Part shown: in pieces, positions 41,400 to 52,655 of the stretch
Layout of the letters: each line of letters opens with the position of its first letter
How positions within the stretch are numbered: position 1 is the first letter of the stretch
Source: Eledone cirrhosa
Lineage: Eukaryota
Direction: 5' to 3'
Length of the DNA stretch: 64,000 nucleotides
Assembly: GCA_964016885.1 (NCBI GenBank)
Contig: OZ024743.1
Coordinates: forward strand, 356,376,001 to 356,440,000
Notes under the pieces: generated by a model
The model's input: the letters and a program-made list of their open reading frames with translations, nothing else
What the model was told of the DNA's origin: nothing
The model's database searches: none
Translations under genes and position numbers: made by a program

Positions 41400-44300
41400 C
41401 CAACATGGCTACTATGCAAGTTGGATGTTTCAATGTACATGGCATGGGCATGCCCTGGAAACAGGGCCAGTTTTAAATGATCTTAGGTCACATTGTATAG
41501 ATGTGATAGCCATCACTGAGTCCAAGATTCACGACAAGCAGCAGCTAACCCCCATGTTCGATGATTTTGAGATCTACGGATCTCGCTGTCAGCCAGTAGG
41601 TGGAGGGGAAGTTTCTGTTCTGTTTCGAAAAAACCTGGATCTCAAAGTACACACGATTCACTTGAACCCGGAGGGCAGCCTGGTGGTCCTGGACGTGAAT
41701 GGTAGTGAAGGTGGAGCTTTCAGACTGGTGGCCGTATATGCCCAGACAGGGACATCGCGACCAGAGTTCTTCAAGTGTCTGGAGCCATTCCTGGGAATGT
41801 CTCGCTCCTTAGTGTTAGCGGGGGACTGGAATGGCATCTTAGACGTACGTTGGGACTACGTAGGAACTTGTGATAATAGAGGGGGGTGTAATAGCCTCAA
41901 ATATCTCATCAGCCAATTCCAACTGGCTGATAGATATCGACTAAACTTCCCATGTGCACCACTGTGGACGCGGAGCAACCTCACTGGGTCTTCTAGATCG
42001 TATTTAGATAGATTTCTTAGACAGAATGATAAGGAAACATTAAGCTGTCCACAAATGTACATGACTTCCTATTTAGCCCACAAATTAGTCACTTGCATAA
42101 TCAACCTTGATAGAATACATAGACAGGGACCCGGATATTGGGAGCTAAACATGTCGCTCCCGGCGCGTAAGGCCTACAGTAAACGGATTAGCACCTTAGT
42201 TAAGAGCCAGTTGACGAGTCCATCGTCAACAACAGGTGGTGGAGCTCTCTCAAGAGAGCAATTAGAATAGAATCGATAGCATTTAGCAAGGAAGTAGCTT
42301 TAGAAAAAAACAAAACTGAAAAGAAACTGGCAGCTAAAGTAGAAGAGGCACTTAGAAATGGCAGTACATCTGATGTGCTAGCGGCGAGAACGGCACTAGA
42401 CCAGTTCTTCAATGCGAAACACGAAGGTTGTATTGTCAGAAGTAGTACACGTGCTCTAAGAAATGATGGAGAAAGCTTTTAGCTCGGCCCGAGTGGCAGA
42501 GGCGAAAAGTGGCAAAAAAATCCACAATTCGGTCTTTGCAAGACAAAGATGGATGCATCCTACTTGAAACCAAACAGATGTGCACGGCCTTCTAGCAGCA
42601 TTTTGCACAACTGTTCGGGCAAAGCGGTACCACGAGCGAGCTGATGGACTTCAGTTCCTACCGCGACGGCGTACCACGACTCTCGAGCACGGATGCCGAG
42701 AGCTGCGAAAGGCCGATCACAGCGGGCGAAATAGAAGATGGCCTAGGCCGCTGTGGGAAACGCAAATCACCCGGTTTAGATGGTCTACCCTATGAGTTTA
42801 CATAGGCATGCCAGACTTGTTCTCTGGAGCCCTCGAAGCGGTCTACTGCAACTGGCAGCAGAACGGGAGGATTCCCAGTTCTGTAGGCAGAGGCGTAGTA
42901 ACGCTGATCAGGAAAGATAAGAACAGGGGGGGGGGGGTAGATAAGCAATTTCAGGCCCATAACTCTGCTCAAGACAGAGTTAAAGATTTTGGCCAAGGTG
43001 TTAGCAACGAGGCTGGCGCTTGTAGTAGAGAACCTGGTAGGGGAAGCGCAAACGTATGCAATCACGACCAGGTCCATATACGACAACCTCCACCTCATGC
43101 GATACATCATAGACAGGGTAGAGTGTAAACCTGGCTTCGGTGGGGCTCTGATCAATTTAGATCAGTCTATGGCATCTGATAGGGCGACCATCAATACTTG
43201 GAAGCAGCTCTCAAGGCGGCCGGCTTCGGTCCCGTCTTCAGAGGCTGGCTCGCTTCATGCACACCAGCATCTGCTCGGCAGTCAAGGCTACCTATCGTAG
43301 CCATTCCAAATCATGCGTTCCATCCGTCAGGGATGCCTTCTCTCCTCCATTCTGTATGTACTTACTCTCGAGCCATTACTGCGTAAGTTGTGACTGTTAC
43401 AGGGCATCCCGATCGAACCAGGACTGCGGAAAGCAACGTCGGCCTATGCCGACGACGTAACCTAATGGTGTCGAAAACCTCGGAAATCGGGGTAATCGGC
43501 AACTTATTACAGGAATAAGAAACGTTGACAGGACCAAGACTAAACCCAAACAAGTCTGACGGTTTGCAACTCGGCACATGGAGAGGCAAACCCATGCCTT
43601 CCGACAGTGTTGTTGCACGCTGGATGGGAGGACCGGTGAAATTGCTCGGGATCTGGTTTGGTCCAGACCCCCAAGTGGACAAGAACTGGAACGAGGTCAC
43701 GGCGAAGGTGTTTGCACTCACCCACCAGTGGGCTGAGTACAAACTCTCCTTGAAAGGTCGAGCGGAGGTGGCGAACACTTACATAGCGTCCGTCATCTAC
43801 TACCGCTTGACAGTCGTGCCTTGTCCCCGCGAATATCTCACCAAAATGGAACGCCTACTCTTCAGGGTCCTCTGGATGAAACAGGCTCCATTGATGAGGA
43901 GATCCATCCTGTCAACATCCTTCTAACGGAGCGCTGGGTGTGCCGTGGCTGATGATGCGCAAACACGCGCTGAGACTACGCCATCTCCAGGTATTCCTGA
44001 CCGGCGGACCAGTGTGGCTGTCGTTTGTGAAACGAGCTCTTCCACAACTCGTCTCACTAACAGAGCTGCAGTCCTGGGTCAACCGAAAACCGAAAATGGG
44101 CGCCTGCAACTAGAGTGACTTCAGGTGCTCACAGCCCTCTACCATGCGGAAACGGCAATCAGCGGAGACTCCACTTCGACATTCTATAGGGAATTAGTGG
44201 AGGATAAGTGCGACGACGTTCTTGGGGAAACTCTAGGCATCGAGGAGGATGAACTGACCAGTCTGTTCGGGAGGACTTTCCGTCCAGGGACTACGGATAA

Positions 44301-44686
44301 CTTCCAAAGGTCTCTGGCCTAGCAGTGCTAACGAGGAGCTCTACCAGTTCGAAACAAAATCTACAGGCACGGACGCCCTGGCAGAGATCCTGCCAAAAGA
44401 ACCTGTCCAAGATGCGAGCAGGACATCGAAACCGTTCTGCACGCAATTGTTCAGTGCCCAGGGGTGACCAACCTGTGTAATTATCGAACAGCTACTGTCA
44501 CGTGTGGGACGCATCCAGTTGTCAGCTGAGTCCATTGTGAGGATCACCCCGCCGCCTTCATTTAAGAATGAAGGAGAGTCGGTTTTCCTCTGTCTGGTGG
44601 CTATAGCTAAAGAGGTAATATTGTGGATGAGGTTAAAAGGACTGAGGGCAAACACCTTTCTCTCCGGACAACAACTCATCCCCTTC
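41400..44686 (+). pseudogene. Disrupted ORF2 (APE endonuclease + reverse transcriptase + C-terminal Zn finger) of a Tx1/L1-clade LINE; 3' end missing
   Basis: APE motifs: DVIAITES, LVAVYA, LAGDWN, SYLDR, GPGYWELN. RT motifs: KSPGLDGLPYE (~42764), FRPITLL..KILAKVLATRL, SIRQGC, AYADDVT (~43442), LNPNKS, LLGIWF. C-terminal CPRCEQDIETVLHAIVQC (~44404). Multiple stops and frameshifts. Confidence 0.93.
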
Positions 44687-44724
44687 TATATATAAGATCA
44701 AAAGATGGTTAAAAGAGTTCTATG

Positions 44725-44795
44725 TATTTTATTATGCGCATTTCAAAAACAAATATCATCATGCAATAACATTTTCGTTTTCGTCAGATAAAATA
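44725..44795 (-). ncRNA. Type-I hammerhead ribozyme (left arm)
   Basis: Minus strand: TATTTTAT-CTGACGA-(stem II hairpin)-GAAA-TGCGCA-TA^ATAAAATA. Confidence 0.85.
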
Positions 44796-45115
44796 GGGAG
44801 ACATGATATGAAGGTTAAAACACACTTGTGAATAGTGCAGTTTTAAATCAACATATGAAAAGTAGTTTTAGATTGATGTGTGATATTGAGAAAAAAAAAA
44901 TGGAGGGGGTGGGGGGAGAATGAAAAAGAGGAGGAGATGAGAGTAAAAAGTGGAGGGGAGGAGTATAATGAGGAAGGATGAGATAGGAGGAGAGATGGGT
45001 GATAAAGAGAGAGATAGAGCTTTTATAACTGAGAAAAATATATTGTTTTACATAGAGAGGTGAAAAACCGTTGGAAGATAATATATAAATTAAAATTAAA
45101 AGAATTTGAAAATTA

Positions 45116-45245
45116 CGTCCCTTTACGATCTGAGTTCAAATCCCGCCGAGGTTGACTTTGCCTTTCATCCTTACGGGGTCGATAAAATAAAGTACCAATA
45201 ATGCACTGTGTAATTGCTGGCCTTGTGCCAAAGTAGAAACAATTA
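45116..45245 (+). mobile_element. 5'-truncated SINE
   Basis: GAGTTCAAATCCCGCCGAGGTTGACTTTGCCTTTCATCCTTACGGGGTCGATAAAATAAAGTACC. Confidence 0.9.
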
Positions 45246-46240
45246 TATCTAATTTAGATTCTATAATAAATAGACGCACTGACTTGTTTTCTCTCTGCTT
45301 GCATAAATTCCACAGAACATTCCATAAAGTATACATCTAATATCTAATACTTTATCAATTTAAAATCCTTTTCTCAAAGGAACATAAATATATATACATA
45401 TATATTTCTTTAAAAATAAACCCATCTTTCTACCTTATTTCAATGTTATTTATTATACATTATATAATACTAGTTACTCATTCTATATCACTCCTATTTA
45501 TCACTTCCCTTTCTTTCTTTTTTCCTTTTTTCTTTTCTTTTTTTCTTTTAATGTCTAACCCCTAATCTGTACCTTTTCTTGCTAGATACTTCTCAATTAT
45601 CATTGTGCCTGACGTAGAAACAATTATTACTCAGCACAATATATTCTTACTTTATATCACCTTGAAAAAATCCTTCGTAAACATAAACATTTTTTTGACG
45701 TTAGATTATTCATCCTCAATTCATTATTTTTTTCTCCCGTTCATGCTCATCTAACTTATACATATTACACTTATTCATCCCCTCTTCTACTTCTTTCACA
45801 ATATATCCTTACTTACATTACTATTGCTATATTTTTATATTTTTTAATAATACATATCAACAATTTCTTGCCATCGCACATATTATTAAACCCTTAAATA
45901 TTATTCTTAATACAAATTAACAATTTCTTTTCATCGCACATATTATTAAACCCTTAAATATACAAACCTTAATTTAACATTATTCTAAATTTTTCTCTTC
46001 GTTAATTTTCAAATTCTTTTAATTTTAATTTTTATATTATCTTCCAACGGTTTTTCAACCTCTCTATGTAAAACAATATATTTTTCTCAGTTATAAAAGC
46101 TATATCTCTCTCTCTCTCTCTATCACCCATCTCTCCTCCTATCTCATCCTTCCTCATTATACTCCTCCCCCTCCAGTTTTTACTCTCATCTCCTCCTCTT
46201 TTTCATCCTTTCCACTCCCCCCCCCTCCATTTTTTTTTTC

Positions 46241-46322
46241 CAATATCACACATCAATATCACACATCCAATATCACACATCCAATATCACACATCCAATA
46301 TCACACATCCAATATCACACAT
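46241..46322. repeat. 13-14-bp minisatellite, about 6 units
   Basis: CAATATCACACATC repeated; a single unit is present in the opposite arm (~44872-44888). Confidence 0.9.
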
Positions 46323-46382
46323 AAAACTACTTTTCATATGTTGATTTAAAACTGCACTATTCACAAGCATATCATGTCTCCC

Positions 46383-46453
46383 TATTTTATCTGACGAAAA
46401 CACAAATGTTATTGCATGATGATATTTGTTTTTGAAATGCGCATAATAAAATA
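46383..46453 (+). ncRNA. Type-I hammerhead ribozyme (right arm)
   Basis: TATTTTAT-CTGACGA-AAAC ACAAATGTTAT tgcatg ATGATATTTGT TTTT-GAAA-TGCGCA-TA^ATAAAATA. Stem I is 8 bp, stem II ~14 bp, stem III is the palindrome ATGCGCAT. Confidence 0.88.
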
Positions 46454-46483
46454 CATGGAACTCTTTTAACCATCTTTTGATCT

Positions 46484-46559
<76 letters not shown>

Positions 46560-46834
46560 TTGTATATATGTATCTGTGTATGTAGGTATGTATGTAAAAC
46601 CTATATAGAAATAACGTATACGTGGCAGCGCAATGCAGAAATATTTTAGTTTAACGTTAGAAATAATAGGAAAAGAGTCTTAACGTCGGGCACTAGTCCT
46701 TCAACAGAAGATGGAATGAGTAATAAAATATGAAATGGGAAGATAGAGAGTGGAAAGCGAAAGGAACGAGAAGAATATTCAGAAAAAGACACACGTGAGT
46801 ATTTAGTCAGCCATTTTGGAGAGGTGTGTGTATG

Positions 46835-46872
<38 letters not shown>

Positions 46873-46874
46873 TG

Positions 46875-46925
46875 AGATTCTACAGGGCTAGAACTGTTTC
46901 ATTCTTTAGAAATCATCAGGAATCT
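46875..46925 (-). ncRNA. Type-I hammerhead ribozyme inside a ~105-bp palindrome (46870-46974)
   Basis: Minus strand: AGATTC-CTGATGA-T TTC taaa GAA T-GAAA-CAG ttctagcc CTG-TA^GAATCT. Stem I 6 bp, stem III 4 bp, stem II weak. Confidence 0.75.
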
Positions 46926-47051
46926 TGATGATTTCTAAAGAATGAAACAGTTCTAGTCCTGTAGAATCTCATCTATATTAAAACTGTTATATTCTGCAAT
47001 GTATTGAGTACCTTACTTACTGTGGTTACCTCCGATTCAACCCGGAATAAC

Positions 47052-47106
<55 letters not shown>

Positions 47107-47136
47107 TAACGAAGGAAATGTGTATATATATATATA

Positions 47137-47346
47137 TAACGAAGGAAATGTAGTAAGGAACCAGGTGGACCATAACGCACCAAAGTACTCAATACTTAGG
47201 GAAGTAGAGTGGGTAATAGGAACAAGTAGGACCCCGACGGCTGAGCTCAAGCCGTTTCGACGGCTAATTCTGGACTAAATCCATTTAGTCCAGAATTAGC
47301 CGTCGAAACGGCTTGAGCTCAGCCGTCGGGGTCCTGCTCGTTCCTA
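47137..47346 (-). mobile_element. (TA)n-flanked element with a 64-bp-arm palindrome (47217-47346) containing the 3' half of a hammerhead
   Basis: Arms match 62/64 with a 2-nt centre. GAAACGGCT-TGAGCTC-AGCCGTC is GAAA plus stem III plus a GUC triplet. Homologous to 55897-56100 in the opposite orientation. Confidence 0.85.
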
Positions 47347-47380
47347 TATATATATATATATATATACTCTATATATATAT

Positions 47381-47772
47381 AAGAGAAATAATATTTCGCT
47401 TCAAGCATAACTTCATACAATATGTATAGAAATTTCGTATTTCTAAAGAAATACGGTTTTAGGAAGCCGTAGCTATGCAAACACCGGGTGCGAAATCTTA
47501 CGGGGTGCCAACGTATGCGGCTTCCTATGCAAATGAAATTAATCACCTCATTTACACAGACGAGAAAACTATATATTCTAGGCTGTTTCCAAGTCTAGCA
47601 GTCGCAAGCGGTGGGAGGGACCGTCCTGAAGAAGGCCAGTCAAGCCTGAAATGCATAGACGGTACCTCTCCCTTGCTTCTGATGGATACCACCAGAGGGC
47701 GTTAACCCTCCCCTGGTGTTTGCATAGCTACGGCTTCCTAAAACCGTATTTCTTTAGAAATACGAAATTTCT

Positions 47773-47773
<1 letters not shown>
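47381..47773 (+). mobile_element. Microsatellite-flanked element with perfect 59-bp inverted repeats and an internal hammerhead
   Basis: 47427-47485 is the exact reverse complement of 47715-47773. Confidence 0.85.
47620..47663 (+). ncRNA. Minimal type-I hammerhead ribozyme
   Basis: ACCGTC-CTGAAGA-AGGC cagtcaa GCCT-GAAA-TGCA-TA^GACGGT. Stem I is 6 bp and extendable (GGGAGGG/CCTCTCCC), stem II is 4 bp, and stem III is the palindrome ATGCAT. Confidence 0.92.
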
Positions 47774-47815
<42 letters not shown>

Positions 47816-49347
47816 ATATAATCTACACTCTGCTTATTCGTACTGAGTTCTAATTCAGTTAATGTTTGAATGTTTTATAATATACATTACTGTATTTCAG
47901 ACGACTATTCTGATGCATATACTGTATATATTATATATATGTGTGTGCGTATGTGTGTGTGTGTCTGTGAGTGTGTGTGTCTGTGTAACTTTGTGTGTGT
48001 ACGTGTGTGTGTTCTTTTAAGAGTTTGATCGACGTAACAAAGAAAATGAAAGAGAGAGCGAGAATAAAAAAATAATACAACTATTATTTTTGAAATTCAA
48101 AAGTTATCGACATGAATAATACAAGAAGCAGACAACATTATGTCAGAATGATATAATAGTCAGCGTATATGTCATAAGTTGGCGGAAATTGACGTGTTTT
48201 GTTAAAGTGCCAGTTAAAAGTAAATTATTGACCTCATTTAATACATAGCTGTTGATGTCATGTTCGTGGTGGTGTTTGTGTGTAGTATAGATGATGGCCT
48301 TTCGTGGTTATAGGAACGATGATGGCGTGTGTGCTGATGTAGTAAATAGTAGAAAAATGATGGAATATTCTAATCAACAAGTGGCAAGTGAGTTCTATAA
48401 CGGTTGGAGAGTTATATAAATATTTTATAACGATATTGCACAAAATAGTTTCCAGCCAGGAATAGATTTTTAATGGAGATCATATGCTTCACAACTGATC
48501 TCCATTTCATCAGAAGAAACAACTTTACTATATAAAACACATAAATTTTCGCCTATACTTTGTGTCTTTCAAATTCTACTGACAAATAACGTAAACGTTT
48601 CCTAATTTCCCACTGTCTATCAATCAACCATTTGTTACCAACTTAAAGTTCGATGAAATGGAGATTAAATGTGAAGAATTTTAAATCCTCTTTGTTCTGA
48701 GCTTGTACTGATCTTGTTCTATAAAACAAGATCAGAAGAAAGACGGGAAAGCGGAACGAGAATATTCATTGAAAAAATCACAAGATGTGTGACGAAAGAT
48801 GTTTGACAATAAACAATTAAACATCAGTAAATGTTCCGCAGGGCATCAGTTGACCATATGGGTACATTTTTCAGCCAAGCACCATTATGAGTTTGGTAGG
48901 GAGAGCAGAAATAATAGACGAGGCAGCTCAAGCTAGTGCACAAGAGTGTCAAATGATTTGTTTCATTGGGTTGCATGTCATTTGTGTTGGAAAAGATTAG
49001 ACGTTCATATAATGGAGGGCAAGTCAGTTCCAATTCATGCAGGCCAACTCGAGTCTCCTGATCATAGTAAGTTCTGATTTGTAGTGAAGAAACTTCTGTG
49101 AGGGATGTGTGCAATTTTGTGTATTAGAATATAATTAGTTAGGGATTGTAAATCAGGCGTTTAGATATACACACACACACACACATACATATATGTATAT
49201 ATTCACACATATACATCGACATAAACATACACATATATGCGCACGCACACACATACATCCATACACATACATGCATATTTCATTTATAAATAGACATGTA
49301 TGTGTTTGCACACTTGGAATAATACATACATACATACATACATACAT

Positions 49348-49419
<72 letters not shown>

Positions 49420-50766
49420 GTATATAAAACTCAAATTGTCTCTGTGTGTGTCCTAATTTTTGCAAAGTCTATACAAATCTACATTTCTACTCCGATTGAC
49501 TTCAAACTTGCATTTATATATGTCTTGTAGTCTAAAGATATTAACTGCAGCTTTTATTTTTCAATTTTCTCTTGTTAAAGGCGTGTTAGGCGCCGGTTAG
49601 CGATCTCTTTCTCGTTCTTAGTCTGTCTTTTTAGATAGATACATAGCTATAACGTCGTGCCCTTATAATATATGTCTCTATGTCTGGCTGTCTGCATTAC
49701 GACATTATGAAAACATTGTTCTCATTGCTGAAGTATTATCTTCGTTATTTTCCGTTTATTGCCAGAAAACGTCTTCACGAACCAAAGTATTGTCTTCCTG
49801 TTTTCCTTCGGTTGTAACGTTTTTCGAAATATTTACTTCTACGTTCACAGATTGATTTTTTCAGTTTCAGAAGATTCCGCTAAGGGTGAGAGCAGCGATT
49901 CTTTGCTTAAACTTTAATCTGTTATTTTAATATATATATATATAATTATATATTCGTGTACAGATATTTTCGCATACACAAAAACAAAATATAAACAAAC
50001 GTATTTATTTCAGGAAAGCACAGACGGCGTTTCGTCATTGTTACTGCCGAAATGCCACCCAAAAAGTCCCCACTACTTTTGGCACAAGACCAGCAATTAC
50101 ATAGTCAACGGTTCGGAAATCACATGCATCACTGACGAGTTTACTCCTTACTCTACCAGTTAGTCTTAGTTGACTTTTTCCTGCTTTTAGGTCATGCCTC
50201 AAAGGAAGAGATACTCCATTGGCCGAAATACTGCGAAAACAACTCGTCAGTGGAATCTGCTATTCGACGTGCGCAAGATGCTGAACGTACTTCCACCAGA
50301 AGAGCAGTTGAAACAGACAACCAACGAACCATAGCTGTTGCTGGTCTTCTTTTGGAAGAGTCATGTTTTTCACACGGGCAACTATACGTTGGCTGCTCAA
50401 GAGTGGGAAGCAAGACAAATCTCTTTGCATATGCCCAACACGGAAGAACAAGAAACATTGTGTACAAGGAGGTGCTACAATCATTGTTTAGGTAGACGAG
50501 ACAGAAGGGAATATACACGATTGGCTGAAGAAGGACGAGGCTGTGTTAGTAGAACGATCAACGGCTACTATCACACCAACAACAACAACAAAAAAGAGAG
50601 GGAGGCAACTACATGCTTTTGAAAAATCTTAATGGAAAATTATTTGCCTAAGCACAAAATCTAGACACCAACCCCAGGCTGAGGTATTCCGTACTGTTTC
50701 AGAAAGGATGGATAAACAGGCCAATCTATGTTTAGAAGACCGAGCAACGCCGGGCCATTATACTAG
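49420..50766 (+). mobile_element. Internally deleted Helitron (with a nested insertion at ~49.62-49.94 kb)
   Basis: PIF1-helicase C-terminus AGLLLEESCFSHGQLYVGCSRVG..TRNIVYKEVL at ~50335-50480. 3' end CCGAGCAACGCCGGG..CTAG|T at 50740-50767. The 5' boundary is approximate. Confidence 0.85.
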
Positions 50767-50867
50767 TATATATATATATATATATATATATATACTAGCA
50801 CAATGGCCTGACGTTGTTCGGTCTTCTAAACATATATATATTTATATATATATACATATATATATAC

Positions 50868-51004
<137 letters not shown>

Positions 51005-51050
51005 GAAATGACAGGAGGCTGGATTTGTGTAAATCCTTGAAAGGTTTATT

Positions 51051-51108
51051 ATACTATGATCATTTCAATGACCGGGTTCCGTATGAATCCGGTGATATCA
51101 TCAGGTAT
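51051..51108 (-). ncRNA. Type-I hammerhead ribozyme in a ~320-bp (TA)n-flanked element (51003-51325)
   Basis: Minus strand: ATAC-CTGATGA-TATC ACCGG ATTC atac GGAAC CCGGT CATT-GAAA-TGATCA-TA^GTAT. Stem III is the palindrome ATGATCAT; stem I is only 4 bp. Confidence 0.75.
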
Positions 51109-51323
51109 TCGAAATATAATACGTGAATGTAATAGATAAAATCCATGGGGCTGAAAATCGAGGACCCGAGGGCGACCGCTATTCTGTTCCTTCAACCTCA
51201 GAGCACCACCAACTACAAAAACAAAGACGGTTGAACTGCCTTACGTTGAGTACTCTCTAAATTATTGCATTACGATTGACCATACGGAATAGACCAGCTC
51301 TATACAGTGGTGAACCTCAAACC

Positions 51324-51359
<36 letters not shown>

Positions 51360-51397
51360 TATTGGTGCTCTGAAACAGCGATGTATACATGAATGTA

Positions 51398-51603
51398 TGT
51401 ATAGTATATTTGGCAATATACTGTATGTTTAATTAAAAACATTTAGAAGACCATTCGCTATGAGTTTTAAAGTAGTGGCTATATCACTTCTTCTTCGCGT
51501 TTTTGCCGAGAAGAAGTAAGTGGTATAGTCACTACTTTAAAACTCACAGTGAATGGTCTTCTAAATGTTTTTAATTAAACATACAGTATTTTGCCAAATA
51601 TAC

Positions 51604-51609
<6 letters not shown>
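51398..51609. repeat. ~100-bp-arm palindrome; a partial third arm copy lies at ~52665-52745
   Basis: GTATAGTATATTTGGCAA...AGAAGACCATTC..GAGTTTTAAAGTAGTG..CTTCTTC is mirrored after a ~13-nt centre. Confidence 0.9.
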
Positions 51610-51673
<64 letters not shown>

Positions 51674-51675
<2 letters not shown>

Positions 51676-52318
51676 AGCCGAATTACCCGCGCCTTGCTGC
51701 GTTTCACACATTTTTTTTTTTGTAAGAAAATGTTGATTGATTTTAGATCAGTGATATAATTTGTGGAGAAAAACTCTGCATTTCAATATTACTCAATGTA
51801 AAATGTAATGCATCGAAAATTGGAAAACATTAGTGCCTAAAGTAGAAACAATTATTTTTTGTATATATCATATCAAAGTTACATTATTAAATCTTATTTT
51901 TATTTTGTTTCTTGTAAATAGTTTTTTTCAAAATATCAATTCAAAACTTGATCGTTTCATTTTTATGTAAAGCATTATTTTCAAATTAGATATTCAAAGT
52001 TCCTCAAGTTATGGGCTTCCAAAATGTTCACTATAGGAGGTTTAAGACCGATTAGGGTGTCTTTACATTATTGAAATTTGCTGAAATTTTGTGAATAGGC
52101 ATCATATCTTGTCATTTACCTATGGTTTAAATTTCATATAAATCGAAGGGAAAATATTTTCAGCGAGAGTTTGTGCCCCCAGGGAACCTTTTGATTAAAA
52201 TTAAATATACTTATCCAACTACCCTGGCCAATGTAGTTTCAGAATATATATGGTTATGGGGGTCTATCTCCAAAACCATAGGAGGAGTTCGTGAAAAAAC
52301 AAACATACAAGAACTGCA

Positions 52319-52325
<7 letters not shown>
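51674..52325 (-). mobile_element. Probable non-autonomous Helitron
   Basis: Minus-strand 3' end GCAGCAAGGCGCGGGTAATTCGGCTGG|T (GC-rich hairpin plus CTRR). The 5' end TATATAAAGTTGCAG...GTATGTTTG lies at the (TA)n. Confidence 0.55.
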
Positions 52326-52368
<43 letters not shown>

Positions 52369-52377
<9 letters not shown>

Positions 52378-52475
52378 GACGTAACATAAGAAAATTATGA
52401 AAATCAACTTACTTACTAAAATTTTAGTAAGTAAGTTGATTTTCATATATTTTCTTATTTTACGTCTTTCATATA
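52369..52475. repeat. Loop-less palindrome with ~53-bp arms abutting (TA)n
   Basis: Perfect core TATGAAAATCAACTTACTTACTAAAA|TTTTAGTAAGTAAGTTGATTTTCATA, extended imperfectly to TATGAAAGACGTAA/TTACGTCTTTCATA. Confidence 0.93.
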
Positions 52476-52580
52476 ATTGTTCTGCATCCCCTTGCATTGA
52501 ACCACAAAGTTACTAAGACAAAACCTATATATTTGCTACCATAGGTATGCATCTGTATATATATGTTGGTAGATATACTA

Positions 52581-52655
<75 letters not shown>

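Larger units (their letters stand above)
44688..46490. mobile_element. Large inverted-repeat element (arms 44688-45115 and 46003-46490) with a hammerhead in each arm and TA at both outer ends
   Basis: The arms are reverse complements over ~430 bp, with a few substitutions, a ~17-bp indel and a 14-bp minisatellite expansion in the right arm. Confidence 0.9.

Noticed and set aside
48824-49114. 96-aa minus-strand ORF as a host exon
   Set aside because: No recognisable domain or convincing splice signals; a homology search would be needed.
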